Below, piece after piece: positions 11,018 through 25,334 of a stretch of 64,000 nucleotides of DNA. The stretch is taken from NCBI GenBank assembly GCA_964016885.1, contig OZ024763.1:8122001-8186000 (forward strand), in the 5' to 3' direction. The position numbers and the translations under genes were made by a program. The notes below the pieces were generated by a model that was given only the letters and a program-made list of their open reading frames with translations, was not told the DNA's origin and did not search any database. The stretch is from Eledone cirrhosa (taxonomy: Eukaryota). Every line of letters begins with the position of its first letter. The first letter of the stretch is position 1.

Positions 11018-13455
11018 CTGTGGAAGAAGAAACAATATAGATATATGAATTATTATTATCTCGGGGGGGAAAGAGAGGTACAGAAGTTTCTAGAAGTCAT
11101 TCAAATATATTTGGATGACACAACAGAGACAAACATACATCAACATCATCGTCCTTACCTATCCTTTCAAGCTAATAAACCCTGAAACTTCCACAGACCA
11201 ACAGCTTCAGAAATACACCAATACCAAAACTACATGTTTTTTGTTTTGCTGCTCATGTTGTTGTTGTTTAGCCACAGGTTGACCCTGACTCAGATCATGC
11301 AAACCTCTATGATCAAAGACAATTCCAGCTGCCATGACCATCCCAACATTTTAAACACCTTTGTTACCATATATTTCCCGCGAAAGACACTGCCTATAAT
11401 TTTTTCAAGTCATTTTGTAAACAATCAAGAATTTGGGAGGAGATTTTAACAATGTAACTAACTTTCATCTTAGTAATCTGGTGTCTGGAACATAACTTAA
11501 CCCTTTCATCACCATTTTGCTAATGGAATACACCATTTCAATAATTGATTGATGAAAAACATTAAGGGACTTACGAAAATCATTAATTATTTTATTATTA
11601 AGATAGTAAACTTAAAAGATTTTAATTTAAATGAGAGCCCTTTAAAATCGGTGTTTTTTGTTCAATAAAACCAGAACTGATTTAGCTAGGTACGTATCAA
11701 AATAACCAACAAAAGTTCTTAACCCTTTAGTATTTAAACCGGTCATATCCGGCCAGAATTCTCTCACCTCTTTCTGTTCAAACAGGCAACTCACACTGAT
11801 GTTAAGGTGTTGTTCTCAAAATCTCAGATTCGATATTATGTGAGATAATGGAGATACACCAACCATATTTAGTGGTGCCTGTGTGATATGATGACTACTC
11901 TTGACCAATTGCTACAACTTGGTCACTGCTGCTGTTGACCAGGTCACTGTGTATAGGAGGGAGATATATACCAGCTAAAGACACAGTCATAACTTAGGAA
12001 ACCACAACTTAGATTTAGTTTAGCAAACAGTATTAGAATAGTTCAAGTTCAGAGAGACATATAAATATAACAGTTTTTCTGATTACAGCTTACATACAAG
12101 AGTGAAATGTCAACTCATCCAGCCCACTTTCAAGGGGAGGGAAAGGGGGACCACGTATAAATGGGTGTGGTTGATAACAGGACCTCCTTAGGACTGCCAA
12201 AATTGGGCAAACAGTTACAGTAAAAAAAATTTGCATCAAGTATATATATATATATATAAAAGAAACTCAAGCAGTCCAAAAGCAGAATAATAAAGAAAAA
12301 AAATGTTTTTGTTTTTTTAAAAATTAAATAAAAGAGGAAGACATCAGTTAAATAAAGGTTTGATACAGATACTGACTCCATTTGTCCAGGTGTCAGAAAT
12401 CCGGAAAAATCCAGATGACCAGGGTTTTTTAAAATTTGTCATGCCAGTGATAGAAACTTGGCCCTATGCACGGCGATGTTTGTGGGATCGCTGGCTTAGG
12501 ATGACCCCTGCTTCATCGAGCAAGAGCTGGTAGAAACCTGGCAAATCCAAACAACGAGAATCCCAAGCTTGCCCTGGATAAATGGTTTCGGTATTGGTAT
12601 AAACAATGAGGAATGTTGCAGCATTTTCAGTTATGGATTATTAATTTTGTTTGTTTTTTTTAAAACTGGTTTTAAAGGATTTTGTAAATTTAATTTTTTT
12701 TGTTAAAGAATTTTCCAAACTATATTTTCAAAGAATGTCATGGTATTTCTTCTCAAAAATATTAAAAGTTATATCTTCTTAAAGAATTTCAAAAATGATT
12801 TCTCAAAGGGTGTCATAAATGTCTTTTCAAGTATATATATAAATATATATAATATAATATAATATAATATAATATATATATATATATATATATTATATAA
12901 GCAAAAATTTACATTTTTTTAAAATATATATATAATAAAAAAAAAAAATACAAGAATGAAAAGAAACAAACAGAAAGAAAAAGACGGTATACAGGACTGA
13001 ATGAGTTAACAAAATGCCATAAAATCAGAAAAAAAGCCCTGAATCACTGCCTGAATGAAAAACTGGACGGAGAGCAGGAACTGGTGGGATCCATCAAACG
13101 TTGTTCTGGTGTGACAGGTCAGCAGGGTTGTAGGAAGAGGAAGACTGGTGTATCAGGACACTTCCTGATATGACACTGTTTCAGGCAGTAGCAGTAGTAG
13201 TAGTAGCAGTGGTCGCTGGCTTAGGATGTCACACAAGCAAGTTCTACCCATTTCAGCTGGGCAGGTAAAAAAGAAAATCAATATTAATAAGCAATCAGTG
13301 TCTGACAGGTAAGGGGGAGAGGGGGACATTATTTCAGTTATTTCTAGAAAACACCAAATTAACCCTGAACTTGAAATATTAATACATCCCACAACTAGCA
13401 AGACATCACCATATATATATATATATATATCTATATATATATATATATATAGATA

Positions 13456-13498
<43 letters not shown>

Positions 13499-14530
13499 AA
13501 AAAAAAGTTGACAAAAGAAGTCAGGTTTACACTGTTTGAGCTGTTAGAAATAGCAGCCAAATCTCCCTCAAATTACACTCTACCAGGATAGGATACATAC
13601 GATAATGTACTCCTAGACACAGTATGCCTGAAAAATAAAATGGGTTTGTCGTGGCTGGACTGCCTCTGATCCACTCGATCAAAGCCAACCTAGAGCTAAA
13701 CAACAACAATAACAACAAAACTTGGTCTTCATGCTTTACACACAATCATGTCTACAGAAACCTTAACACCCACACATCTCCTTTTCAGTTAGGGGCCGCT
13801 ACTACAAGTGCCTAAAGAGGGTCACTCAGCCAAATCTCACTCAAAACACCCCTCACAAGGTAAAAGAAAAAAAGGAACAGGCCATTAACCCTTTACATTA
13901 CTGTATATTTACTATTATAGGCAGTGAATTCAGTCTTTACAAGGTTGGATAGAATCGTTTATGGTATTCATGCTGAGTTCAAATCCCACCAAGGTCAAAT
14001 TTGCCTTTCACCCTATCAAGGTCGATAAAAAAAGTACCAGTCTACTACTGGTGTCGATTCTTCCTCTCTCTCACTTTCTATCTTTCTCAGTAATCAGGCG
14101 AGGAGAGAGCTGGGCTCCGCTAGGCTTAAAATACCCAAGAAATGCTGTATGTCAATACAGCCCCCCTACGACTCCATCACTAGTTACGGGACCATACCAT
14201 ATCATATATACTATTATATTTCCACAGTAATATCGAATCTATGAGATTTTGATACATATTTTGAAAACAATACATAAGTATGAGCGGCCAGTTACAGCCG
14301 GTTTATTATGCTAGAGGGTTAACCCATCAACCTCACTCATGCACAATTCCTGATTCACCAACAGTCCCCTTTTCCGTCAACCATATTAACTTGTCGGTCA
14401 TTTCCTCAATCAACAACAGAAGCAGCAGGACCACAATATGCTGATGTTAATATTAATACTAATGTTATTAGAACTAAGTAATGTTGACATTAAATGCCTG
14501 TTTATATGAAGCAAGACCAAAGATACTCAC

Positions 14531-14595
14531 CATGCACACTGAACCAGCTTCTGATTCCTTTCACATTCTAATACTTGCAGATACATAACAATCAT
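14531..14595 (-). CDS. CCNL1: Cyclin L coding exon 5
   Basis: ctatttcag|MIVMYLQVLECERNQKLVQCA(W)|gtgagt, 65 nt. Confidence 0.95.
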
Positions 14596-14706
14596 CTGAA
14601 ATAGAGAAGACAACAACAACATTGTTAACATCACTGGCTGATTTATAGCAACTAAAACATTTCTTAACCATATATACATGTTTAACACTACATTATATAG
14701 CAATAT

Positions 14707-14895
14707 TGGCGGTGGATTGGCAGTATCAGGAGAGGTCGGACGCCATGCTTTCCAGCATAGTTACGTCCCTTTACGATTTGAGTTCAAATCCCGCCGAGGT
14801 TGACTTTGCCTTTCATCCTTACGGGGTCGATAAAATAAAGTACCAGTAATGCATTGGGTAATTGCTGGCCTTGTGCCTAAAGTAGAAACAATTAT
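14707..14895 (+). mobile_element. SINE with Meta-domain-like core
   Basis: GAGTTCAAATCC B-box then GCCTTTCATCCTT..GGGGTCGATAAAATAAAGTACCAG. Copies near 5355-5530(-), 13970-14050, 40080-40230, 48565-48720, 58940-59040 and 60730-60880. Confidence 0.7.
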
Positions 14896-14958
14896 ATAGC
14901 AATATTATCAGCCTTATGTGTGTGTGCATATATATATACACACACACACATATATAAA

Positions 14959-15298
14959 AGGGTAAAGACCCCGCTTTAGTCATGAATGACCATGTGATTT
15001 GCACCTAGAAAGTTTCCCTCCGAGGTACAAGTCTAGGCAAGGTTGTTTGTGGAAGACCAGTAGTCACCTATACATACCAATCTCCCCCACCTCCACACCA
15101 CCGATGTCCAAGAGAAAGGCAATGGCCGATACAGCCTGGCACCAGTGACATCACAACTCATTTCTACAGCTCAGTGAACTGGAGCAACGTGAAATAAAAT
15201 GTCTTGCTCAAGGACAATGCAAAGCTCGGTTTGAGAATCAAACTCACAACCCCACGATTGCAAGCTCGACACTCTAACCACTAAGCCATGTGCCTTCA
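14959..15298 (-). mobile_element. tRNA/CORE-like SINE, second subfamily (different tail)
   Basis: Same head as the family above but a different tail. Copies at 21940-22278 and about 19620-19850. Confidence 0.72.
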
Positions 15299-15557
15299 TA
15301 TATATATATATACATACACACAAAGAAAAAAAACCAAGGAGCATATCTTTCTCACCAGCCACCCCCTGGGCAATGCAATTTCACGTATAAGGGTGTGATT
15401 CTATGTATATATATATATGGTAATAATAAATGTGAAGACTAAAATGCAAAGAGGGCTCAATAAGGATTGTATAAATATAAACTATATATATAAACCTGTA
15501 GAGCAAATATTTCTATATATCAAATTAAAATAACAGACAGGAAGCAGGGTAATGTAC

Positions 15558-15678
15558 CTTGTGTGGATATTTGAAATGAACACAAAAGCCCAACTCTTTG
15601 AGAACCCTCCGTTCAGCTTTGATTACTTGGTTCTTCAAGTTAATATAGTTCTGGTCAAGCACCATGGGGTGGATTGTC
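15558..15678 (-). CDS. CCNL1: Cyclin L coding exon 4
   Basis: atttgcag|[41 protein letters not shown]|gtacat, 121 nt. Confidence 0.95.
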
Positions 15679-16483
15679 CTGCAAATACAATGATTACCAT
15701 TCTGCGGATATCTGTCTAACATACTAAACAACAAACAAACCAATACTGCTGCTTGCATAACATCTCAAAACAATATATAGAAATATAGATACATCTCTAA
15801 ATATATATACACATATATATATATATATATATATACACCTCTAAATATATATATACTCATATATATATATATGAAGAACTTTGGAGCCGCAGGAACCAGT
15901 AGTATGACATTTAACTGATAAAGCAAGGGTTGCAGAGGTTGATTGAATTGAGAGAGAGAGAGTGAGAGAGAGAGTGGGAGAGAGAGAGAGTGAGAGAGAG
16001 AGTGAGAGAGAGAGAGATCAGATGAAAGAGAGATGAGATGAGAGAGAGAGTGGCAAGGAGGGAAGGAAGGAACAAGAGCAGCATTTGTTCTGCCATTAAA
16101 CAGAAAACATGGAAGGGATACTTTCACAAATGGTATATCGTAGTCCTGAACAAGAATGTTTTAATCATCATGGAGAAGTGTTGTAATGTAAAGATTTGCA
16201 CAGACAACCAAGCTGTATGAAGAAGCTTCACCAAATGTTACAAATTTTTCGTTATAAATACCGTCCATGACAAAATAAAAAAACCCATTAATTTCAAACT
16301 AATTTCAACAGGAACACTAACAAAGCAAGGATTTCTTCGTGTTGAGAAATACAAAAAAAAGAGAAATATTAAATGTGACAAAACAGAGATTGAAACAACC
16401 GTAAAATATTACAAGATGTTCTATAGAATAGCTAATTATTTAATACTACAACTCGATATAAAGGATATTTCACTGAGTGTATG

Positions 16484-16515
<32 letters not shown>

Positions 16516-19500
16516 ATATATGATGAGAAAAAATCTGTTACAGACATCACACTGGTTGAATCCACTTGAAGAGCACAGCCAATGTTCAAACAGGGTTATT
16601 CTTCCATCCTGAATTCTCTCAACCCCTCATAAAACAATAAGGCCTCCATTTCTCTTGTTATATATAGAACACAGGGAAAAGAAGACCTGAAGAAATGCAA
16701 TGCCAATGGTAATTGTTACCAAAAAGAAAAACAAAAAAGTAACAAACATTTAAAAGAATTATTTCACCATTATATGTCGATACCAGAGGATTCTCAGACA
16801 AAATTTAGACCAAAATTATTTTAAAGAAAAGTAAATAATAAAAAGAAATAATGAGTGATGTTACGATAGAATTAGAACCATCTTGAACAAGTCAAGGAGC
16901 AAAATATTGTTGTTTAGATTTAGAAGAAAATCAGAAAAAAATTTTTCAACTCACCCTGGAAGAAGATTGTGAATGTTTTGCGAATGTCTGCCAAATTCAC
17001 TGGTAATTGTATAACTCCAGCCAGGTCCTAGAGAACTTTTTTTAGTATGAGATGGAACAGTGCTCGATTGAAATACGGGAGACTGGTTCTGTTTGGTTTA
17101 CAAATTTACAGACTCTTGCTATCAAAAATGAAAAGCAACTCCTCCACATAGCTAGAATCAAGTGTCCAACTAAATGAATTGACAATACTTCCAACAAAGG
17201 TGACCAAGTTTCAATTATAAAAATTCTTGCTAATAAACAACAGGTAAACTAAACGTGAAATATATTTTTAAAATAAATAAAGTGATTTATGTGTAACTGA
17301 AGTGGAAATATTGATTAAAATTAAATGGAACATATAACTGGAACTAACCAATATTTATGAAATGGAGAATTATATCTTATTTAATACATTAAGCAATCTA
17401 TATTCCTTAACAGTACCCCAAACATGGATTAGATATGAGATCATTATACAAAACAGTATCTACCTCCACAGCACCCCAAACAGGGATTAATTAATACTAT
17501 ATAAAACAATCTAAACTTCTCAGTAACCTAAACATGGATTATTAATATTACATTGGACAATCTATATTCCTGACAAGGCTGGTTCCCCGAATTTACAAGT
17601 ACAGCTCATTATTATTATTGGCAGCTGATTGGACTGGAGGAGCAATGAGAAGAAATATCTTGCTCAAGGAAACAAGCCGCCGGAAACCAAACTCAAGATC
17701 TGACAACTTTCAAAGAGCCCTAACAACTACACACCATATCCACACCTGCTGCAATAAGCTATGCACAACTTTATGCTTGGTTGCTACATGTATCTAACAT
17801 TTCTTCTTCAACACCTTCCTATGGTACCTCCTGTTTCTACAGAGCTTGCTGTTGGCCCGACTCAGTACCCAGCGTTTTTTTTTTATTTACAAGCCTAGAT
17901 GAACAATGATTGTTTTCATAAATAGCACAAATTGCTCTGCAAGTGACCAAGCATTCTACACACAGTATGTGATGAGGTCGGGCCCCTTGAGTTGCAGAAC
18001 TTCTATGCTATACTACAAGTATGTGTGTAAAAACAACAAGCATCACCTAGGTAACATTGCTTACAAAACTAAATGAACAATGATTGTTATACACACACAT
18101 ATATATATATAATACATATGGCACATATTGTACTGGAAAATTTAGACAACTAGAATTTTTTCAACACACAGAAGCGCATGTGTACATGTGTATGTGCATA
18201 TGCATACATTTATATATGAGTATATAAATATAAATGCGCGAACAGACACATACATCCACAAAAACACTCACAGCATAGCAAATGGAACACTAGTCACTGT
18301 TTTGCTATAGTTTTTTCACCACCCCCTTCCTTCCTTTTACACATACATTCACATGAATACACAAACACATTGTGTGATGGACGAACAAATGGAAGTCACT
18401 CAAATTTATATATATATAAAGACAGCCAATATTTTATATTTGCCACAAACACATTCTATAATCAACTATCAGAGGTTCAAATGACATGTCTAACACAATA
18501 TAGTAACATCAGTTCAATCAACTATCATCATACACTATATTACTAAATTACAGCAGATTCATGATTACTGTTGCGATGAACTACCCCACCCCATCTCTCT
18601 CACACACTAACAGTATATTACAGTGGTGTACTCCTATCATAGTTCTACTAATTTATCAACCAACCTACCAACAGTGGGCTACCCCTATCAGTTCTACTAA
18701 TTTATCAACCAACCTACTAACACTGCAGTGTTGGAGTACTCCTCTCACAGGATATAGTACATGTACTCCAAAGGTTCTCTACAGCTCACTTCTTTAAAGG
18801 TTTCACAGGTCTATAAGAAAGTAAAAACCACCCATGGTAAAGTTAAATCTTCCAACACAACCTACCTACTTACCCCCACCCGCATCATATTCCCTTCCAT
18901 CTACTGACCTTTAAAAATTCGGAATATCCAAGGTGTTCTTTCTCCAGCACAAGAGAGCAACTGGGAAGGTTCTTGGTTACAGCCACCTCTCTTCAAACTA
19001 GAAATAGATAAGGGAGAGAGAGAGACCCCCACCCCAAACTAAAAGACAAGGTTTTAGTCAGAATATACCCCTCATGTTACATAATCATAATATGAACAAT
19101 GTACCATCCATACCAACCCAATATATATATAGAAAGCTTGCCCAACTAAGGGTCAGGAGGACCCTGCAGTTGTGTCCTCCTGACCCTTAGTTGTCATGTC
19201 AAAAGACATGACAACCTCCCTAGTGTTGGTGATAAGAAGGGCATCCAGCTGTAGAAAGCTTGCCAAACAAAAGGTTGGGCGGACCCTTCAGTTGTATCAA
19301 TGACTAGTGCTGGTGCCACAATAAGAATGCACTTAGTCGAGCATGGGAACGTATGTGAGATGTGGGGCCCCAGCCAATCTGAAAGATCAGTAGCCCTTAT
19401 TGATTATTGACTCAGTGTATGAAGGCCTGTCCAACCCTTGTTAGCAAAAAAAAAAAAACCCGACATTAAATGATGATATATACACACATATATAACCATT

Positions 19501-22500
19501 AAATTATTAAAGGCTCTACATAGTAACACCAGGAAGGACATTTATATGACGATAAAAACATTGACACAAAAAGGACCCTATGGTTGGTGACTATCAAAAT
19601 TAATAAAACATCTCCAGTCAGGTCTTACTCAGAGTTGTTTGTGGAAGACCACCAGTCTCCCCTCTCCATATTACCGATGTTGCTCAAGGGCCAATACAGC
19701 TTGGCACCAGTGACGTCACAACTCATTTCTACAGCTGAATAAACTGGAGCAACGTGAAATAAAGTGTCTTGCTGAAGGACACAACACATCACCCGGTCTG
19801 AGAATCGAACTCACAACCTCACGATTTTAAGCTCGACACCACTAAGCCCTTCACACACAAACTTTAGAAACAGGAAAGTGGGTGTTTGGTGTAACAGGGG
19901 AAAGATATGACTCACTCCAAGATAGAAAACTTACCTTTATGGTGGCCAATTGAAAACTACATTTCACCATAGCACAATTCCTTCCACAATCAGGCTCTGG
20001 ACATACACACAACTTTATAAGATGTGTTAATAATGAAACTACCTCATTACTAAGTAGTCAGAAGGGAAACCCCTGATTGTTGCCAATATGTGTTGCTTAG
20101 CTTTCCAGCAATGTCCTGCAAAATAAATGCCCCTTTCTCTAACAACTGCAGAAAGATTTGTCATACAATCTTTGTTAGATTAGATGTGTCATTGGCAGGG
20201 CAAAGGCACCTCTGTGTACATCTATTGACTTGAGTGACCATAGAGGCTATTAAGCTTATGAAAGACTTAACCCTTCAGCATTTACACTGGCCATACCCAG
20301 CCAAAATTATCTCACCTTTTTATGTTTAAACCAGCCACTCATACTGATGTTAAGGTATTGTTCTAAAAATAAATAATACCAAAATCTCATAGATTCAATA
20401 TTATGTGAGATTAAGTCTTTACCGTGAAAATACAATAGTCTATATAGAGAGGGATGTAAATGCTAACGGGTTAATATCACTCCAGGTATAAAGTATTTAG
20501 TTAAAATCAAATAGCATCTAATGTATTATACACACCAGCAATCCTCTAATAAAGACTAACTTATCACATATATTGACCACAATATACAGTAGAAACCACC
20601 TACCATTTGATGTAGTAGAGTAAAAGATGAAATACTTTAGACCAGGGAACTACCAGTATATATTAATATACAATAAAGACTAGGTGAAGTACATTATAGA
20701 CCCAACTACCACAGATACTGTAAATCCTTAGACAAAAGATAACACCTCACAGGTAAACAAGCTTCACAACACCAACAAAATATTCATTTGGGGAGGAGAA
20801 AAATTGTTGACATTTTAATCAAATTCTTCATCACACCAAATTTGATTACAGTATTATTTTAAGTAGACAAATCATTAATCCTTAGTGAACTGTTAACATG
20901 GGATCGCATCCTTTACAAAAGATGTATTTAACATAATGAGTTCCACAGGAGGACTACATTATTTTTAAATGCCTGTCCCTAGATTCAGAGACTCACCAGA
21001 CCAGAGCTTATCCAGATTTCACAGGCTTTACCCATTAGCATTTAAACCGGCCGTATGCAGCCAGAATTCTCTCATTTCTTTCTGTTAAACCGGCCACTCA
21101 TACTGATGTTCAGGTATTATTCTCAAAATAACATCAAAATCTCATAGATTCAATATTATGTGAGGGAAAGCCTTTACCATGAAAATATAATAGTAAACAT
21201 AGAGGGATGTAATTATTAAAGGGCTAAGCAACAATGAGAGCATGCCCCTTCATAGAGCTGAAATGCATAGCTTCACTTTATATATGTGGTAACCCGTTGG
21301 TTACAACACAGTTCCAGTTGATACGGAACAGTCTGCTCGTGGAAATTAACATGTAAGTGGCTGAGCATTTCACAAACACACGTCCCCATAACCTAGTTCT
21401 CAGGGTGATTCAACGTGACAAAGAACATGACAAGGCTGGCCTTTCGAATTACAAGTACAACTCAATTTTGCCAACTGAGTGGACTGGAGCAACATAAAAT
21501 AAAGTGTCTTGCTTAAGGACACAGCATACCACCAGGAATCAAACTCACGACCTTACAATTGCAAGCCAAATACTCTGGCTACATGCCTTTATATATAAAT
21601 TATATTTATATATACATAATATTTGATATAATATAACAGTTGTTATATATAAGACCTTTAATAAAATCTACACATAAGATGTCTTTTTTCTGATAATATA
21701 CACATATACAGCTGTACAAAGATACACTCACATACATTTATACACACTGAATCAGTCTTCCTTTGACTTAATTATAGCACCAGCATCTGGCATACCTACA
21801 TGCACACATAATATATATATATCAAACATTTTAATGACACCAGCTTAATTAAAGCATTGAGTGGGAAAGCGACAAAGGAATTTTGGTCCTATCAGATGAC
21901 ATCATTTCAGTATTTTCATTATTATATATATGCATACATAGGTTAAAGACCCCCTTCGGTCACGAATGACCATGGGATTTTCTCCTAGAAAGTTCTTCTC
22001 TGATGTACAAGTCTGGGTAGGTTGTTTGTGAAAGACCAGCAATCACCCATGTATACCAGTCTCATCTCTCCACGCCACCGATGTTATCCAAAGGAAAGAC
22101 AACGGCCGATACAGCCTGGCACCAGTGATGTCACAACTCATTTCTACAGCTGAGTGAACTGGCACAATGTGAAATAAAGTGTCTTGCTCAAGGACACAAT
22201 GCAAAGCCTGGCCCAAGAATCAAACTTACCTCATGCTTGTAAGTCCAACGACCTAACCAATAAGCCATGCGCCTTCACATGCCAACAAACACACCTACAT
22301 ACATGCACATCATTACCAGTCTACATCCATCTTTCTTGGCATATACCTCCACATGTTGCGTTCCTTCGTCGTCATCTCCTCTGTGAGTTTCAACAATTTG
22401 AGATCAGCTCTCAACCACCCCCGCCCAATATACCGACACACACCCAAACACACATCTTTATAATTCACTCTGCTTCTGTAAGATAAACGACCAAATGATG

Positions 22501-22640
22501 TGAGCAATTTCCAGAGAAATCTTCCAAAAGACATAATTCCTTTCCGTCCAACATAATTCCAACCGAAGCTGCTTCTGTTTACACGTCTTGGTGAACACTT
22601 TACAAATACACTTCAACTTTTAAAGATAATTCTTTAGGAT

Positions 22641-22682
<42 letters not shown>

Positions 22683-23156
22683 CAAATAACAAAAAGTTGC
22701 AGACAAAATTAAAACAAATTTTGTGATTTAAAATCTAAAAAAATTAATTTAAAATAAAAATAAATGTTTTAAATTAACATTTTCAGTTAAAAAATGCCAT
22801 TAACAGAATTAAAATGATCAGATCAAAAATAAAAATAAATTTATCAAAACTTAAAGTCCTATATTTTAGTAATTGTTTCAATAGATAGAATTTAAATATA
22901 TATTTTAAAATTTATTTTTTAAAATTCCAAATTATATTTTTAAAGTAAATTAAACATCATTACAAATTAAATTAAATTAAATTGTCTGCAATATTTATTT
23001 TAAATTAATCTAAAAAAAAAAAAATAGAGAGAGAGAGAATGTGTGAAAGTGTCAGCTTCCCTTGTTTCTGTGTGACGAATAACCATAGCAACGATACTTA
23101 TCAGTTAAATGCATAAAAAATGCTCAAACTCAGTTTTAAAAAAAAAATAAAGGAAC

Positions 23157-23222
<66 letters not shown>

Positions 23223-25334
23223 GAAATTTTTCCATCACAATATTTTTTTTTTTTCGATTTTTTTTTTCTGAGTTCTGCTGATAGTGCAGATATACAAACC
23301 ATGGCGTCTAGGATGTGGTTCACGAGCCAGGTGAACCGAGTGGAGGAGAGGAGGTGTCTAACCCCATGACCACACAGGATCAGCCAGGTAACATCGCTGA
23401 CACTCCATTTTACAGCTGTGCAATGCAGCAAAAAAGAAAATCCAATCAGTAAGGGTCAAGTGTTACCAACGGTAACATCATCATAAATAGATCAGCATCT
23501 TCTAATTAAGCAAATTAAAATAAATACTAAGAATTCTCTCTAACATTTGGTAATGTGGGGATAAGGGAGTGTGGGGAATGTCAACCCCAGTAGTTAACTG
23601 GTACTGTAAGTCAGCCCCAGGCATGATGAAACATCTACTTAAGTAAATAAAATAAATACTAAGAATTCTTTCTAACATTTGGCAGAAGGACGTTGAAGTC
23701 AACTACACCAACCCCAGCACATAACTGGTATTTTATTAACTTCCTTGGCATGATGTAAAGTGAAACTGACCTGAGCAGGATTTGTATATAAGCAGAAAGT
23801 CATAACTAAACAACACTAAGTATTTTGTTCGACGCTCTACCGATACTGCCAACTGATCCCCCTAACTAAACTAAATCAATGTTTTCTAATTTAGGTACAA
23901 GGGGGAAGTCTAGTACACTGGCACCAGTATATGACCGGTACTTTACTTTATTCATTAAGGATGAAAGGCAAAGCTGTCCTCGACAGGAACTCAGAATACA
24001 AAGGGCCATAACTAAACGCCACAAAGTCTTCTGTCCAACATTAACAATTCTACCAACCCATCGACCTTATAGACTAATAACATTTACTGAAATAATGCTA
24101 TCTGATTTAGGCACAAGGCCAACAATTTCTGGGGCTGGGGAAACTTAATTAGATCAACCCCCAGTACATTACTGGTACTTTATTTTATCAACCTCGTAAG
24201 GATGAAAGACAAAGCTAACCTCAACATGATGTGAACAGAGAACGTAAAAGGCTATAAACTTTATGCTACAAAGCATGTTGCCAGATGCTTTGAGAGGGCA
24301 CTGAAGTTGTCTTAAGGATATGAAAACCTCCTTAGGGGCTGGTAATAGGAAAGGCTATCCAACTGTAAAAACTAGAACATTAAGAGAGATATGCCCCCCC
24401 CCCCCCCTCCAGTCTATCTGTGATCGACTCATGACCTAACCAAGCTACCAACCCACCCATGCCAGCATGGAGAACGAACAATAAATAATAATAATGATGA
24501 TGATATATATATTTTAAATATATATACACACATACATATATATACTGACCATAACTGAGTTAAAACACTCAATTTAACACCAATGAATCACAAATACTGA
24601 AAATAAATTCTTGGGAGGAGGGAAAAGAGAATGGCAACAAAAAATGGAAACCTAAGACAAAAGTTCCTAAATTTTGAGACGATAGCAGCAGCAGCAATGG
24701 TAATAGCAAACAACAATAATAATAATCCTATTGAAACGTTGTTCCATACTAATACTTAATATCTTAAGTATCAACACCCCTCTCTATAGCAAACCAGCTT
24801 AGTTAGAACTGTAAAAAAAAAACCCCAAAGCCCTTAATTTGAATCTAGATAATAACCCCTGGGTTGCCAATGTGAAAATAGTTTGTGTGTGTGTGTTAAA
24901 CAGTTCTGAGTGGGAGTTGGCCCCCAATTATGAAATCTATTCCAAAGTTCTGTGTATATCCAGATTAAACTAGGCATGCTCTACCCTTGTGCGTCATAAG
25001 AGGCAACAAAATGGGTTGGTTGGCGCCAAGAAGGGTATCTAGCTACAGAGAATTAGGTAAAGGTCCCATGATAATAGTCTAAAAATGCTTGTGACATGAT
25101 ATAAAAGGCACCCAGTCCAACTCGGGCAAGTGTGGAAAATAGATATTAAGTGACGGAGATGATGACACACATACATAGCTAACCGCTAGAAGTGGGAATG
25201 TTAGCAGGCCCAATTAAGAAACCTAAGTGCCTTACAAGAAAGAGCAGACAAACTGCTCTCCTAACATCTTATTTATTCTTTACTGTAAAAAAGTGATTAC
25301 TTCTAGAAACCTCTAGTTGCTACTCGATAAAGTG

